Assembly: GCA_946616295.1 (NCBI GenBank)
Contig: CAMOIU010000001.1
Coordinates: 17,748 to 81,747, forward strand
Reading direction: 5' to 3'
DNA: 64,000 nucleotides
Source of the DNA: an uncultured Lachnospiraceae bacterium
GTDB taxonomy: Bacteria; Bacillota; Clostridia; Lachnospirales; Lachnospiraceae
How positions within the stretch are numbered: position 1 is the stretch's first letter; each line of letters begins with the position of its first letter. Positions 28,685-37,161 of this stretch are shown one piece after another. The position numbers and the translations under genes are program-made. The notes beneath the pieces were generated by a model. It ran no database searches and was not told the DNA's origin. It was given only the letters and a program-made list of their open reading frames with translations.

Positions 28685-29104
28685 ATGGATGATATGACGC
28701 CCGAGCAGCGCCGCAGGAACATGCAGCATATCCGTTCCAAGAATACTTCCATTGAAATCAAACTCCGGACAGCGCTATGGCACGCAGGCATCCGTTATAG
28801 GAAAAATTATAAGGCATTGCCCGGAAAACCGGATATAGTGGTCACGAGGTATAAAATCGCGGTCTTTTGCGACTCCTCTTTTTGGCATGGACGGGATTTT
28901 GAAAGCAAAAAACCTGTAGACACTAATCATGAATACTGGGAAGCTAAGATCCGGCGGAATATGCAGAGAGACGAGGAAGTAAACAAGCAGTTGCGTGCTT
29001 TAGGGTGGACTGTTCTGCGATTTTGGGACGAGGAGATCAATAAGAATATTGATGAATGCGTCCAAGCTGTACAAGAAACCATTTTCCTTACAAAACTGGA
29101 ATAA
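28685..29104 (+). CDS. vsr: Very short patch repair endonuclease
   Basis: MDDMTPEQRRRNMQHIRSKNT..E, LPGKPDIV, FCDSSFWHG, GWTVLRFW. Confidence 0.93.
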   Translation: MDDMTPEQRRRNMQHIRSKNTSIEIKLRTALWHAGIRYRKNYKALPGKPDIVVTRYKIAVFCDSSFWHGRDFESKKPVDTNHEYWEAKIRRNMQRDEEVNKQLRALGWTVLRFWDEEINKNIDECVQAVQETIFLTKLE

Positions 29105-29112
29105 AGCAACGG

Positions 29113-29150
29113 AAAGAGCGGTCCGGCAAAAAGTCGGACCGCTCTTTTTT
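29113..29150. terminator. Bidirectional intrinsic terminator
   Basis: AAAGAGCGGTCCG/CGGACCGCTCTTT stem plus a T-run, between convergent genes. Confidence 0.85.
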
Positions 29151-29169
29151 AATGCGGTTTTCTATAAGG

Positions 29170-29775
29170 TCACTTATCCTCGAGATCAGCTAACTGCTTC
29201 TCTAAAGCAGCTATTTTTTCTTGTATTTGCTGGCGCTGCATTAGTGCTGTAGCCTGATCGCTTAATGATTGGGGAAATGTCCATTTAAAATTATTATATC
29301 GGTCACTTGCAGCCTGCTCATCTGCCTTGGTTATGGCTGTATCCATTTCGGCTTTGTATACAGTGATGGCGTCAAACCATGCTTTTAAGTACTTCTTTAG
29401 TATCCGTGACTGATCTTCCCTAAAGGAGAGAAAAAATAGTCCATTCTGTTCGGACAGATCGAGACCATACAGCTTCTCCATCTCGAAGAATGCGTACATA
29501 ACACCAAGATAGGTAGAAATGTCCGGATCGGCAAGGGCCATTGTCTCGACACCTAATGCCAAAGCGAACACTTTTAACAATTCTTTTTTGGGCCTTCTGT
29601 ACCCGTTTTCGTATTTTTGTACGCGATCTGCAGTTAAACCAACCTTTTCCCCGAGTTCTGTCTGTGTCATTCCTCTGGCGGTCCTGATTTCGCGGATCCG
29701 GCTACCGATCCGTTTTGCAGCACTCTCTTCTATAAAGTCAAGAGGGTCTTGACCAATAGGGTTCCTAATTTCCAC
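29170..29775 (-). CDS. XRE-family HTH repressor
   Basis: IGSRIREIRTARGMTQTELGEKVG...VQKYENGYRRP; GTG start after AGGAGG. Confidence 0.9.
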   Translation of the reverse strand: MEIRNPIGQDPLDFIEESAAKRIGSRIREIRTARGMTQTELGEKVGLTADRVQKYENGYRRPKKELLKVFALALGVETMALADPDISTYLGVMYAFFEMEKLYGLDLSEQNGLFFLSFREDQSRILKKYLKAWFDAITVYKAEMDTAITKADEQAASDRYNNFKWTFPQSLSDQATALMQRQQIQEKIAALEKQLADLEDK

Positions 29776-29892
29776 AGTATTATTCCTCCTAATAAACGGA
29801 TACTACAAACACATCTTAACACAGATAGCCAGCCACAAGAACAAAAAATGAACAGAAAAGAACAAATTAACATAAAAAGCGCTTAAAAGGGC

Positions 29893-29921
29893 TTGCAAAG
29901 AACATAGATGTGATGTATAAT
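29893..29921 (+). promoter_or_regulatory. Promoter of the xis-integrase operon
   Basis: TTGCAA, 17 bp, TATAAT; AAGAACA repeats around it. Confidence 0.7.
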
Positions 29922-29975
29922 CCGGATCAACAAGAACAGAAAAGTGCTTTTCAAGAACCTACTTAGGAGGACATA

Positions 29976-30179
29976 ATGGAAAAAACACAGCTTTTGGCTG
30001 ATTATGAAGATGTACTTCGCCCGGAAGATGTTCAGAGAATTCTTCATGTCGGCCGTAACACGGTGTACAAGTATCTTGCTGACGGAAAGATTCCGTCGAT
30101 TAGGATCGGAACGCAGTACAGGATCCCTAAGCGGTCCCTGATCGACTTCCTCTATCCGTCTGTGGAAGAAACATATTAA
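29976..30179 (+). CDS. Excisionase-type HTH DNA-binding protein
   Basis: VLRPEDVQRILHVGRNTVYKYLADGKIPSIRIG...RIPK; AGGAGG RBS. Confidence 0.9.
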   Translation: MEKTQLLADYEDVLRPEDVQRILHVGRNTVYKYLADGKIPSIRIGTQYRIPKRSLIDFLYPSVEETY

Positions 30180-30195
30180 AAGAGGAGGAATAACA

Positions 30196-30684
30196 ATGAA
30201 GTTCGTTGACGAAAACCATCAGAGAGCATACGTCGAGGCAGTGACGAAGTACAAGGTAAAGCCCGGAAACACAGAAGTTGCTGCAGTGCTTTACCTGTTA
30301 ACAGCTTCTCGCGATTGCAGATGCAGGCTGGAGGATCTTGTTCATTATAGCAGTACGGGGCTGAGCATCAATTCCGAGGCCCTGCATTCTAAGTGGCTTA
30401 CGGGAGGTAGCGAAAGACTTCTGCGTCTTGCTTTTAATCTCTTTACGGGTGTAGCACCTTCGGCAATGACATGGGATACGAGAGAAGAGAAGTACAACAT
30501 CGACACAGATGAGGTTATGAACTACCTCCCGCTGACAATTTTCAGCGGTCTCGATCCGGATCTTTTTGAAGCAGGGCTCGAGGCACTTCGCCTCCATAGA
30601 GGAAGAGTTTGTTCACACGACGAAGAGTATATTGCAGACGTGAACGAACGGCTGTTTATGCAGAAGTATGGAGTGGTATTGTGA
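30196..30684 (+). CDS. Conserved mobile-element hypothetical protein (DUF6075-like)
   Basis: WLTGGSERLLRLAFNLF resembles the W.TSGS..L.RLAFNL motif of clostridial ICE proteins (recalled). Confidence 0.6.
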   Translation: MKFVDENHQRAYVEAVTKYKVKPGNTEVAAVLYLLTASRDCRCRLEDLVHYSSTGLSINSEALHSKWLTGGSERLLRLAFNLFTGVAPSAMTWDTREEKYNIDTDEVMNYLPLTIFSGLDPDLFEAGLEALRLHRGRVCSHDEEYIADVNERLFMQKYGVVL

Positions 30685-31889
30685 TGGCAAGAAAGAAGAA
30701 AGACGGCCGTAGGGCACAGGGAATCCAGGCAAAAAAAGGCATGCTCTATATCGTTGTTTCCAGGAGTGGACTGAACAACGGGGAAAAAGTATTCACCAAA
30801 AAATGGGTAGCCACAGGTCTGACAGACACTCCTGATAATGTCAATAGGGCTGAGGAGATGCGCCGCGCGATACTCTCAAAAGGAAGGGATGTGCTTACCA
30901 CGGACTATGATGTGACCATGTCGGAGTATGTGGATCTTTTTCTTGAAAAAATAAAAAGAAGTATTAGTGATACCACTTACTCCGGGTATCTCTATCGTGG
31001 AAAGAGAATCAAGGACTTCTTTGGACTGACTAAGATCAGGAGTGTCACCAAGAATGATGTAGAGCAGTTCCTGGATCACCTGATCACGCACTGCAAAAAC
31101 CAGGAAAGAACAGTAAAGGATACGAAAACGTTTCTGAATAGCGTCCTTGATCAGGCGGTGAAGGATACCCTCATCGCGGATAATCCGGCAACCAGCGCCA
31201 CGCTGAACAAGCGGTTGCTCGAGAATAACGCCAAGGAAAAGAATGACGACGATACCTTTTTTTCGTATCAGGAGGCACAGTATTTCCTCAGCATCTCAGA
31301 AACACATCCGCTTTATGAACTCTTTTATGTTGCCTTATTTTTTGGCCTTCGCCGCGAGGAAGTTCTGGGGCTCCGCTGGTCTTGCATAAACTTTAAGGCA
31401 AAAGAGTTTCATATAAGCCATACAGTCACAAGAGGAACAACGGTTAACCGCTTGAACCGTACAAAGACAAGAAGCAGCAAAAGAACATATCCCCTAACAG
31501 ACGATCAGATAAAACTTTTTCGGCATTTGAAGTCAGAAGAGGAGAAGAACAGAAAACTATTTGGGAGAGCATATACAGACACAGAGTATGTTTTTAAACA
31601 TCAGGATGGATCGCTGTACTATCCGGATTATCCCTCTAAGGCGCTGAAGAAAATCATAAAAGAACATGCAGAGCTTCCCCAGGGAGTTACATTCCACAAA
31701 CTGCGCACATCTTGCGTTTCAATCCTTGTTCATGAAGGCTACGATGTCAAAAGAATCCAGAAGTGGGTTGGACATGATGATATAAATACCACTCTTAAGA
31801 TATACGCAATGGTAAAGGATAAGGAGTCGAAAGCAGAGATAGCGACCAGTATGGAAACTATTATTAGACCCAAAACGTATACGTCGTGA
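30684..31889 (+). CDS. Tyrosine integrase
   Basis: FGLRREEVLGLRW, TKTRSS, FHKLRTS, VGHDDINTTLKIY; adjacent to the att site and tRNA. Confidence 0.95.
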   Translation: MARKKKDGRRAQGIQAKKGMLYIVVSRSGLNNGEKVFTKKWVATGLTDTPDNVNRAEEMRRAILSKGRDVLTTDYDVTMSEYVDLFLEKIKRSISDTTYSGYLYRGKRIKDFFGLTKIRSVTKNDVEQFLDHLITHCKNQERTVKDTKTFLNSVLDQAVKDTLIADNPATSATLNKRLLENNAKEKNDDDTFFSYQEAQYFLSISETHPLYELFYVALFFGLRREEVLGLRWSCINFKAKEFHISHTVTRGTTVNRLNRTKTRSSKRTYPLTDDQIKLFRHLKSEEEKNRKLFGRAYTDTEYVFKHQDGSLYYPDYPSKALKKIIKEHAELPQGVTFHKLRTSCVSILVHEGYDVKRIQKWVGHDDINTTLKIYAMVKDKESKAEIATSMETIIRPKTYTS

Positions 31890-31952
31890 TGCAGTAACCA
31901 TTCTATCTCACAAGGAGATCATTCCCTTTTTACGTGGTAATTCGCAAGGATT

Positions 31953-31971
31953 GTTAGAACTTTGTTAGAAC
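31953..31971 (+). promoter_or_regulatory. Candidate integrase arm-type sites (right end)
   Basis: Tandem GTTAGAAC at 31953 and 31964. Confidence 0.7.
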
Positions 31972-31980
31972 TTGGCACGA

Positions 31981-32013
31981 AAAAAGGGCTTCCGGAATCA
32001 CCGAAAACCCTTT
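31981..32013 (-). terminator. Element-encoded terminator downstream of tRNA-Pro
   Basis: Minus strand: AAAGGGTTTTCGG-TGATT-CCGGAAGCCCTTTTTT. Confidence 0.7.
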
Positions 32014-32024
32014 ATCTGAGCCAG

Positions 32025-32098
32025 TCGAGGCGACGGGATTCGAACCCACGACCTCTGCGTCCCGAACGCAGCGCTCTACCAAACTGAGCCACGCCTCG
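32025..32098 (-). tRNA. tRNA-Pro (anticodon CGG), CCA not encoded
   Basis: CGAGGCGTGGCTCAGTTTGGTAGAGCGCTGCGTTCGGGACGCAGAGGTCGTGGGTTCGAATCCCGTCGCCTCGA folds as a cloverleaf with anticodon loop TTCGGGA. Confidence 0.97.
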
Positions 32099-32112
32099 TA
32101 AAAGCAAAATTA

Positions 32113-32141
32113 ATCTTACAGAATACTGTGTAAATTGTCAA
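32113..32141 (-). promoter_or_regulatory. tRNA promoter
   Basis: Minus strand: TTGACA, 17 bp, TAAGAT. Confidence 0.7.
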
Positions 32142-32180
32142 GGAATATTTTGCCCGCGCCTCGCGCAGGGGCGGGCCTCA

Positions 32181-32229
32181 CACAGAGAACCGTCCCCTGT
32201 GTGAGCCGCACAGAGAACCGTCCCCTGTG
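32181..32229 (-). repeat. Tandem pair of REP-like palindromes
   Basis: CACAGAGAACCGTCCCCTGTG at 32181 and 32209. Confidence 0.85.
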
Positions 32230-32321
32230 CGGGCCCGGTCGTTGAAGGGAAAAAGGGAAACTGGTATACTGTAAAGCAGAGGCGGAAGCAGTTTGTATAT
32301 GCACAGACAAGGAGGGGAGAG

Positions 32322-32960
32322 ATGAGAAGTTGGATGAGAAGAGCAGTCGCAGCGGCAGTGGCCGTGCTGGCGGCGGTTTCGCTCTGTGCCTGCGGAGGCC
32401 AGAGCGGGCAGGGAACGGCGCAGGGAAGCGGCAGCGGGCAGGCGGCGGAGATCGCGACGCTGGCGGATGCTTTTGCGCAGGAATGTTCGGGATCTTCGTG
32501 GGGCTACAGTGACAGGGCCTTCGTCTATGTGTATGAGACGGAGGACGGCGGAGCCTGGCGTGTGGTCGCCCTTATGGACGAGAAGATGCACGATGAGCTG
32601 GACGCAGTGGATATTTTTGACGAGGACCATGACCAGAAGATACGGGAGATCGCGGGCGCGATGAAAGTGGAGAGCGTCGAGGATCTCATGGCGGGGGTGA
32701 CTCCGCAGGCGGAACTGGACAAGCTGGTCGGACGGAAGGGGCAGGAGCTGCTGGACGAAGGGTACGAGCTGGCCGGCTGGTATGTTTTTGACGACGAGGC
32801 CGCCTTCTTCCTCAACAAGGGCTATTATCAGTACAGAGTCCATGTGGAGGAGAAGCTGGAAGGCGGGGATGATTATGACGGGGACGGGGAGTTCCCGGGG
32901 CTGACCGTCAAGGATGTGCAGTACAACATGCTCAACGAGACCGCGACGGATTATGAATGA
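32322..32960 (+). CDS. Hypothetical acidic lipoprotein
   Basis: Signal peptide with lipobox LCAC; GGAGGGG RBS. Confidence 0.8.
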   Translation: MRSWMRRAVAAAVAVLAAVSLCACGGQSGQGTAQGSGSGQAAEIATLADAFAQECSGSSWGYSDRAFVYVYETEDGGAWRVVALMDEKMHDELDAVDIFDEDHDQKIREIAGAMKVESVEDLMAGVTPQAELDKLVGRKGQELLDEGYELAGWYVFDDEAAFFLNKGYYQYRVHVEEKLEGGDDYDGDGEFPGLTVKDVQYNMLNETATDYE

Positions 32961-33011
32961 AGACGCTCTGTCCGAAAGCAGAGGACGGAAAAAAGGCTGC
33001 GGGCCCGCTCA

Positions 33012-34283
33012 TTATTGAGCGGCCCGCAGTACTTGGTAGATGAAGAATTTGAGGTAGTAGGAGGTGCCGGCCGGCAGGAGGATGGGGTGGTCCGGCGCCT
33101 GTGCGCGTTTCTCCACAAGGCGGAGACGGACATGGGCGTCCCGGGCGGCGCTCTCAATGGTCGAGGCGAAAAGGTCCTCCTCCATAAAGTGGGAGCAGGA
33201 GCAGGTCACGAGAAAGCCGCCTGACTTCACCAGCCGCATACCGCGCAGGTTGATCTCCTTATAGCCTCTGACGGCGGCCTTGGTGCTGTTTCTGGACTTG
33301 GTGAAGGCCGGCGGGTCCAGGATGACCACATCATAGCGCTGTCCCTGGGCTTCCAGCTCCGGAAGGAGCTCGAAGACGTCCCGGCAGAGGAAGGAGATGC
33401 GGTCCTCGAGGCCGTTCAGGGCGGCATTGCGCCGGGCCTGTTCGATGGCGGTATCGGAGGCGTCCACCGCCGTCACGGCGGCAGCGCCGGCCTGGGCCGC
33501 GTTGAGGGCAAAAGATCCGGTATGGGTGAAGCAGTCCAGCACGTCGGCGTCCGGGCAGAGGCGGCGGATGGCGCGGCGGTTCTCCTTCTGATCCAGGAAG
33601 AAGCCGGTCTTCTGGCCGTTCTCCACGTCCACCAGGTAGCGGATGCCGTTTTCGACGATCTCGATATTGGTATCGAAGGGGTCGCCCAGGAAGCCTTTGA
33701 CCCGGGGCAGGCCTTCCTTCTCCCGCACCTTGGCGTCGCTGCGCTCATAGATGCCGCGGATGCGGATGCCGTCCCGCGCCAGCGCCTGCACGAGGGCGGA
33801 CAGGATCACGTCCTTGAGACGGTCGATGCCCAGGGCCAGGGACTCCACGACGAGAATGTCCTCGTATTTGTCCACGGTGATGCCCGGCAGCAGGTCCGCC
33901 TCGCCGAAGAGGACGCGGCAGCTGGAGGTGTCAATGACCTTCTTCCGGTATTCCCAGGCCTGCCGGACCCGTCCGGCCAGGAAGGCGTGTGTCACGGGGC
34001 CTTCCTCCCTGCGGGCCAGCACACGGACCCGGATCGTGGAGCGGGAATTGATATAGCCGTATCCCAGAAACCAGCCGTCGTGATCCTCCAGGGCCACGAC
34101 GTCGCCGTCCTCGAAGAGGCCCTCGACGGAGGCGATCTCATTGTCATAGATCCAGAGACCGCCCTGCTTGAACTGCCGCCCCTCGCCTTTCTTCAGGCGG
34201 GCCCGGGCGCCGCAGCAGAGATCGCGGCCAGAGGCGATATCACAGGAAGCGGGATCAAAGGGAAGATGAACGGTGGTCACCAT
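33012..34283 (-). CDS. Class I SAM-dependent rRNA methyltransferase (RlmI/YwbD-like, PUA domain)
   Basis: GLWIYDNEI, GQKTGFFLDQKENR, VLDCFTHTGSF, VILDPPAF, TCSCS; likely start 34283. Confidence 0.9.
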   Translation of the reverse strand: MVTTVHLPFDPASCDIASGRDLCCGARARLKKGEGRQFKQGGLWIYDNEIASVEGLFEDGDVVALEDHDGWFLGYGYINSRSTIRVRVLARREEGPVTHAFLAGRVRQAWEYRKKVIDTSSCRVLFGEADLLPGITVDKYEDILVVESLALGIDRLKDVILSALVQALARDGIRIRGIYERSDAKVREKEGLPRVKGFLGDPFDTNIEIVENGIRYLVDVENGQKTGFFLDQKENRRAIRRLCPDADVLDCFTHTGSFALNAAQAGAAAVTAVDASDTAIEQARRNAALNGLEDRISFLCRDVFELLPELEAQGQRYDVVILDPPAFTKSRNSTKAAVRGYKEINLRGMRLVKSGGFLVTCSCSHFMEEDLFASTIESAARDAHVRLRLVEKRAQAPDHPILLPAGTSYYLKFFIYQVLRAAQ

Positions 34284-34517
34284 GCTGTTTCCTTTCACGG
34301 GATCCCGCCGGCAGCGGGATCTGCTCTTGAAGTTGTCTCATATACCCGAACAGTGTACGACATTTTGACAGTCAGCGCAAACAACAAAAAGGCAGGTATC
34401 ACACTTTCCTGTGCGTTGACAAATATGTCCGCGCAAAGTTATCCTTAAAGAACGAAGACTGCGGATCTTCGACAGAAGATGTGATTCCCGGCTGCAGAAG
34501 CGGAAACGGAGACCGGC

Positions 34518-35372
34518 ATGAATGATCAGAAAACAGCAGTGCTCACGGATTCGGGCTGTGATGTGCCCGCCGATGTGGTGCAGCAATATGATATCAAGGT
34601 CCTGCCTCTGCGGGTCATGTATCCCGAGAAGGACTATGAGGACGGCGTAGATATCGATCCGGAAATGGTCTACCGGCGGTTCCCGGAGGAGTTCCCCAAC
34701 ACGTCGACGCCCTCCCTGGCGGAGGTGCAGGACGTCCTGGACCAGATCCGGGAGGAGGGCTACGAGAAGGTCATCGCCGTCTGTATTTCCAGCGGCCTTT
34801 CCGGGACCTTCAATACGATCCGCCTGGCGGCTTCCCAGCAGGACGACCTGGAGATCTTTGTTTTTGACACAAAGAACATCTCCGTGGCCTCCGGCATGTG
34901 GGCCATCTGGGCGGCGTCCAAGCTGCGCAAGGGATGGACCTACGAGATGGTGATCCAGGGGATGCAGGACAAGATCTACGACTGCAAGGTCATGTTCTAC
35001 ATGGACACCCTCAAGTATCTCAAGCGCGGGGGCCGGATCGGCACAGTCTCCTCCGTCGTGGGAGAGATGCTGCACTTAAAGCCCATCATATCCTGCAACC
35101 CGGAGGGCATTTACTACACGGTCGCCATGATCAGGGGAGAGAAGCAGGGCAAGAAGAAGCTGCTCTCGGAAATGCTCAAATTCTGCGGCGCCCACCACTG
35201 CTGGATCATCATCGGCCATGGTCAGGCACTTGCGGAAGCACAGCTGATGAGAGAACTGGTGGACAAACAGATCCGGAGCAAGGAGATCCTGTTTATCAAG
35301 CAGATCACGGCCACCATGGCTATCAATACCGGACCCGGTCTGGTGGGCATCGCCGCACTGCTGGACCCCTGA
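34518..35372 (+). CDS. DegV-family fatty-acid-binding protein
   Basis: LTDSGCD, TSTPS, ISSGLSGT, YLKRGGRIG, LHLKPII, INTGPG. Confidence 0.93.
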   Translation: MNDQKTAVLTDSGCDVPADVVQQYDIKVLPLRVMYPEKDYEDGVDIDPEMVYRRFPEEFPNTSTPSLAEVQDVLDQIREEGYEKVIAVCISSGLSGTFNTIRLAASQQDDLEIFVFDTKNISVASGMWAIWAASKLRKGWTYEMVIQGMQDKIYDCKVMFYMDTLKYLKRGGRIGTVSSVVGEMLHLKPIISCNPEGIYYTVAMIRGEKQGKKKLLSEMLKFCGAHHCWIIIGHGQALAEAQLMRELVDKQIRSKEILFIKQITATMAINTGPGLVGIAALLDP

Positions 35373-35384
35373 TAAGGAGAGAAA

Positions 35385-36563
35385 ATGGACAAGAACGGAA
35401 AAAACATGGTCCTCAACGGTTTCGCTGAGGCTTTCGGAGATACAGAAGGCGTACGCTGCTTTTTCGCTCCCGGCAGGGTCAACCTGATCGGGGAGCATAC
35501 AGATTATAACGGCGGGCATGTTTTCCCCTGCGCCCTGGACATTGGCTGTTTTGCCGCCGTCAGAAAGAGACAGGACAGGAGCCTGCGCTTTTATTCGGTC
35601 AACTTCCCCCAGGCGGGCATCGTGACGGTGTCCCTGGACGCCCTGGTGCCCCAGAAGAGAGCGGGATGGACCAATTATCCCGCCGGCGTCGTGTGGGCCT
35701 TCGGGACCCGCGGGTACGAGCCGGAGGTGGGATTCGACATGGCCATCTACGGAGACATTCCCAACGGCTCGGGACTGTCCAGCTCCGCTGCCCTCGAGGT
35801 AGTGACCGGCACCGCCCTCCGCGCCCTCTACGGATGGGACCAGGTCACCAACGTCGACATCGCGCTGCTGGGACAGCTGGCCGAGAATGAATACAACGGC
35901 ATGAAGTGCGGGATCATGGACCAGTTCGCCTCCGCCATGGGCCGGGCAGATCAGGCCATCTTCCTGGATACCAATACCATGCAGTATTCCTACGCGCCCG
36001 TGGAGCTTGACGGCATGAAGCTCATGATCGTCAACACCAACCGCAAGCACAGCCTGGTAGATTCCGAATACAACCTCCGCAGACAGCAGTGCGCGACTGC
36101 CCTGGCGGATCTGCAGAAAGAACTCCCCATCAAGACCCTGGGCGATCTGACCGAGGAGGAGTTCGAGGCCCATAAGGACCTGATCACCGATCCCGTCTGC
36201 AGACGCAGGGCCAAACACGCCGTCTACGAGAACCGGCGCACCATCCGTGCCGTCGCGGCCCTCCAGAGCGGTGACATCGAGGAGTTCGGCCGCCTCATGA
36301 ATGCCTCCCACGTCTCCCTTCGCGATGACTACGAGACATCCTGCCCCGAGGCCGACATCCTGACAGAAGAGGCCTGGAAGATCCCCGGCGTCCTCGGCAG
36401 CCGCATCACCGGCGGCGGCTTCGGCGGCTGCACCGTCAGCATCGTCCGGGACGAGGCCGTCGACACCTTCATCGAGACCCTCGACCGCATCTACCGCGAC
36501 AAGGTCGGCTACCCGGCCACCTTCTACCGCCTCGGCATCGGGGACGGACCGACCGAGATCTGA
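35385..36563 (+). CDS. galK: Galactokinase
   Basis: APGRVNLIGEHTDYN, PNGSGLSSSA, CGIMDQF, SLRDDYE, GSRITGGGFGGC. Confidence 0.96.
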   Translation: MDKNGKNMVLNGFAEAFGDTEGVRCFFAPGRVNLIGEHTDYNGGHVFPCALDIGCFAAVRKRQDRSLRFYSVNFPQAGIVTVSLDALVPQKRAGWTNYPAGVVWAFGTRGYEPEVGFDMAIYGDIPNGSGLSSSAALEVVTGTALRALYGWDQVTNVDIALLGQLAENEYNGMKCGIMDQFASAMGRADQAIFLDTNTMQYSYAPVELDGMKLMIVNTNRKHSLVDSEYNLRRQQCATALADLQKELPIKTLGDLTEEEFEAHKDLITDPVCRRRAKHAVYENRRTIRAVAALQSGDIEEFGRLMNASHVSLRDDYETSCPEADILTEEAWKIPGVLGSRITGGGFGGCTVSIVRDEAVDTFIETLDRIYRDKVGYPATFYRLGIGDGPTEI

Positions 36564-36574
36564 CGGAAGGGCCT

Positions 36575-36678
36575 TCTCACAGGGGACGGTTCTCTGTGTG
36601 AATGAGGGGATAAAACAGCAAAAAAAAACAGATAATATGCGGGCCGTACAGGGGGACAGTCCTCTGTGCGGTCCTTTT
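36575..36678 (+). repeat. About 103-bp composite REP element (second copy)
   Basis: Near-identical reverse complement of 11294-11396. Confidence 0.85.
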
Positions 36679-36817
36679 ACATATACAGGCCTCTCTGCAT
36701 CTGTTCGATCTACGGATCACTTCGCGGGGATACACATAGACCTGTTCATGTAAACTCGCGCAGCACGGTCTGTGCCCATGTGTGTGTGGCGATGTGATAC
36801 TCAAGTCCCGCGGGAGG

Positions 36818-37068
36818 TCACCCCGCCCGTCTGCAGGAAGCCTTCTGGGATGAATGCTAGTCCAGTCAAGTCACCCCGCCTGACCGCAGGAAGCCTTCTG
36901 GGATGAATGCTAGTCCAGTCAAGTCACCCCGCCCGTCTGCAGGAAGCCTTCTGGGATGAATGCTAGTCCAGTCAAGTCACCCCGCCTGACCGCAGGAAGC
37001 TTCCCGGGTTGAATTTCAATCCCGTTAAGTCAACCCACGCAGCGGTAGAAATCCTTCTGGGATGAAGT
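36818..37068. repeat. Tandem array of five 53-bp palindromic units (same family as 10864-11233)
   Basis: Units start at 36818, 36871, 36924, 36977 and 37030. Confidence 0.92.
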
Positions 37069-37161
37069 CTTTCCTTGTGTTCAGTCAACCTGGACCTGAG
37101 TCATGCCCCCCATTTCCAACCCGGGCCGCGCAGCGTGCCTTTTTTGTGATGGCAGACCTCT

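Larger units (their letters stand above)
19438..32067. mobile_element. tRNA-Pro-integrated element, pipolin-like (piPolB, integrase/Xis, RM cargo)
   Basis: 45-bp direct repeats, a tyrosine integrase next to the tRNA, a piPolB-like polymerase, visibly AT-richer sequence than the flanks, and no backbone REP repeats. Confidence 0.88.

Noticed and set aside
25930-29104. Avoidance of GCWGC sites within the element as support for the RM specificity
   Set aside because: GCAGC/GCTGC sites occur inside the element (e.g. about 20810); no depletion can be claimed without counting.
29890-29915. LexA (SOS) box at the xis promoter
   Set aside because: GAAC is present but the matching GTTC half-site at 4-bp spacing is absent.
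19438-32067. Prophage or conjugative ICE
   Set aside because: No capsid, terminase, tail, relaxase, coupling protein or T4SS genes between the att sites.
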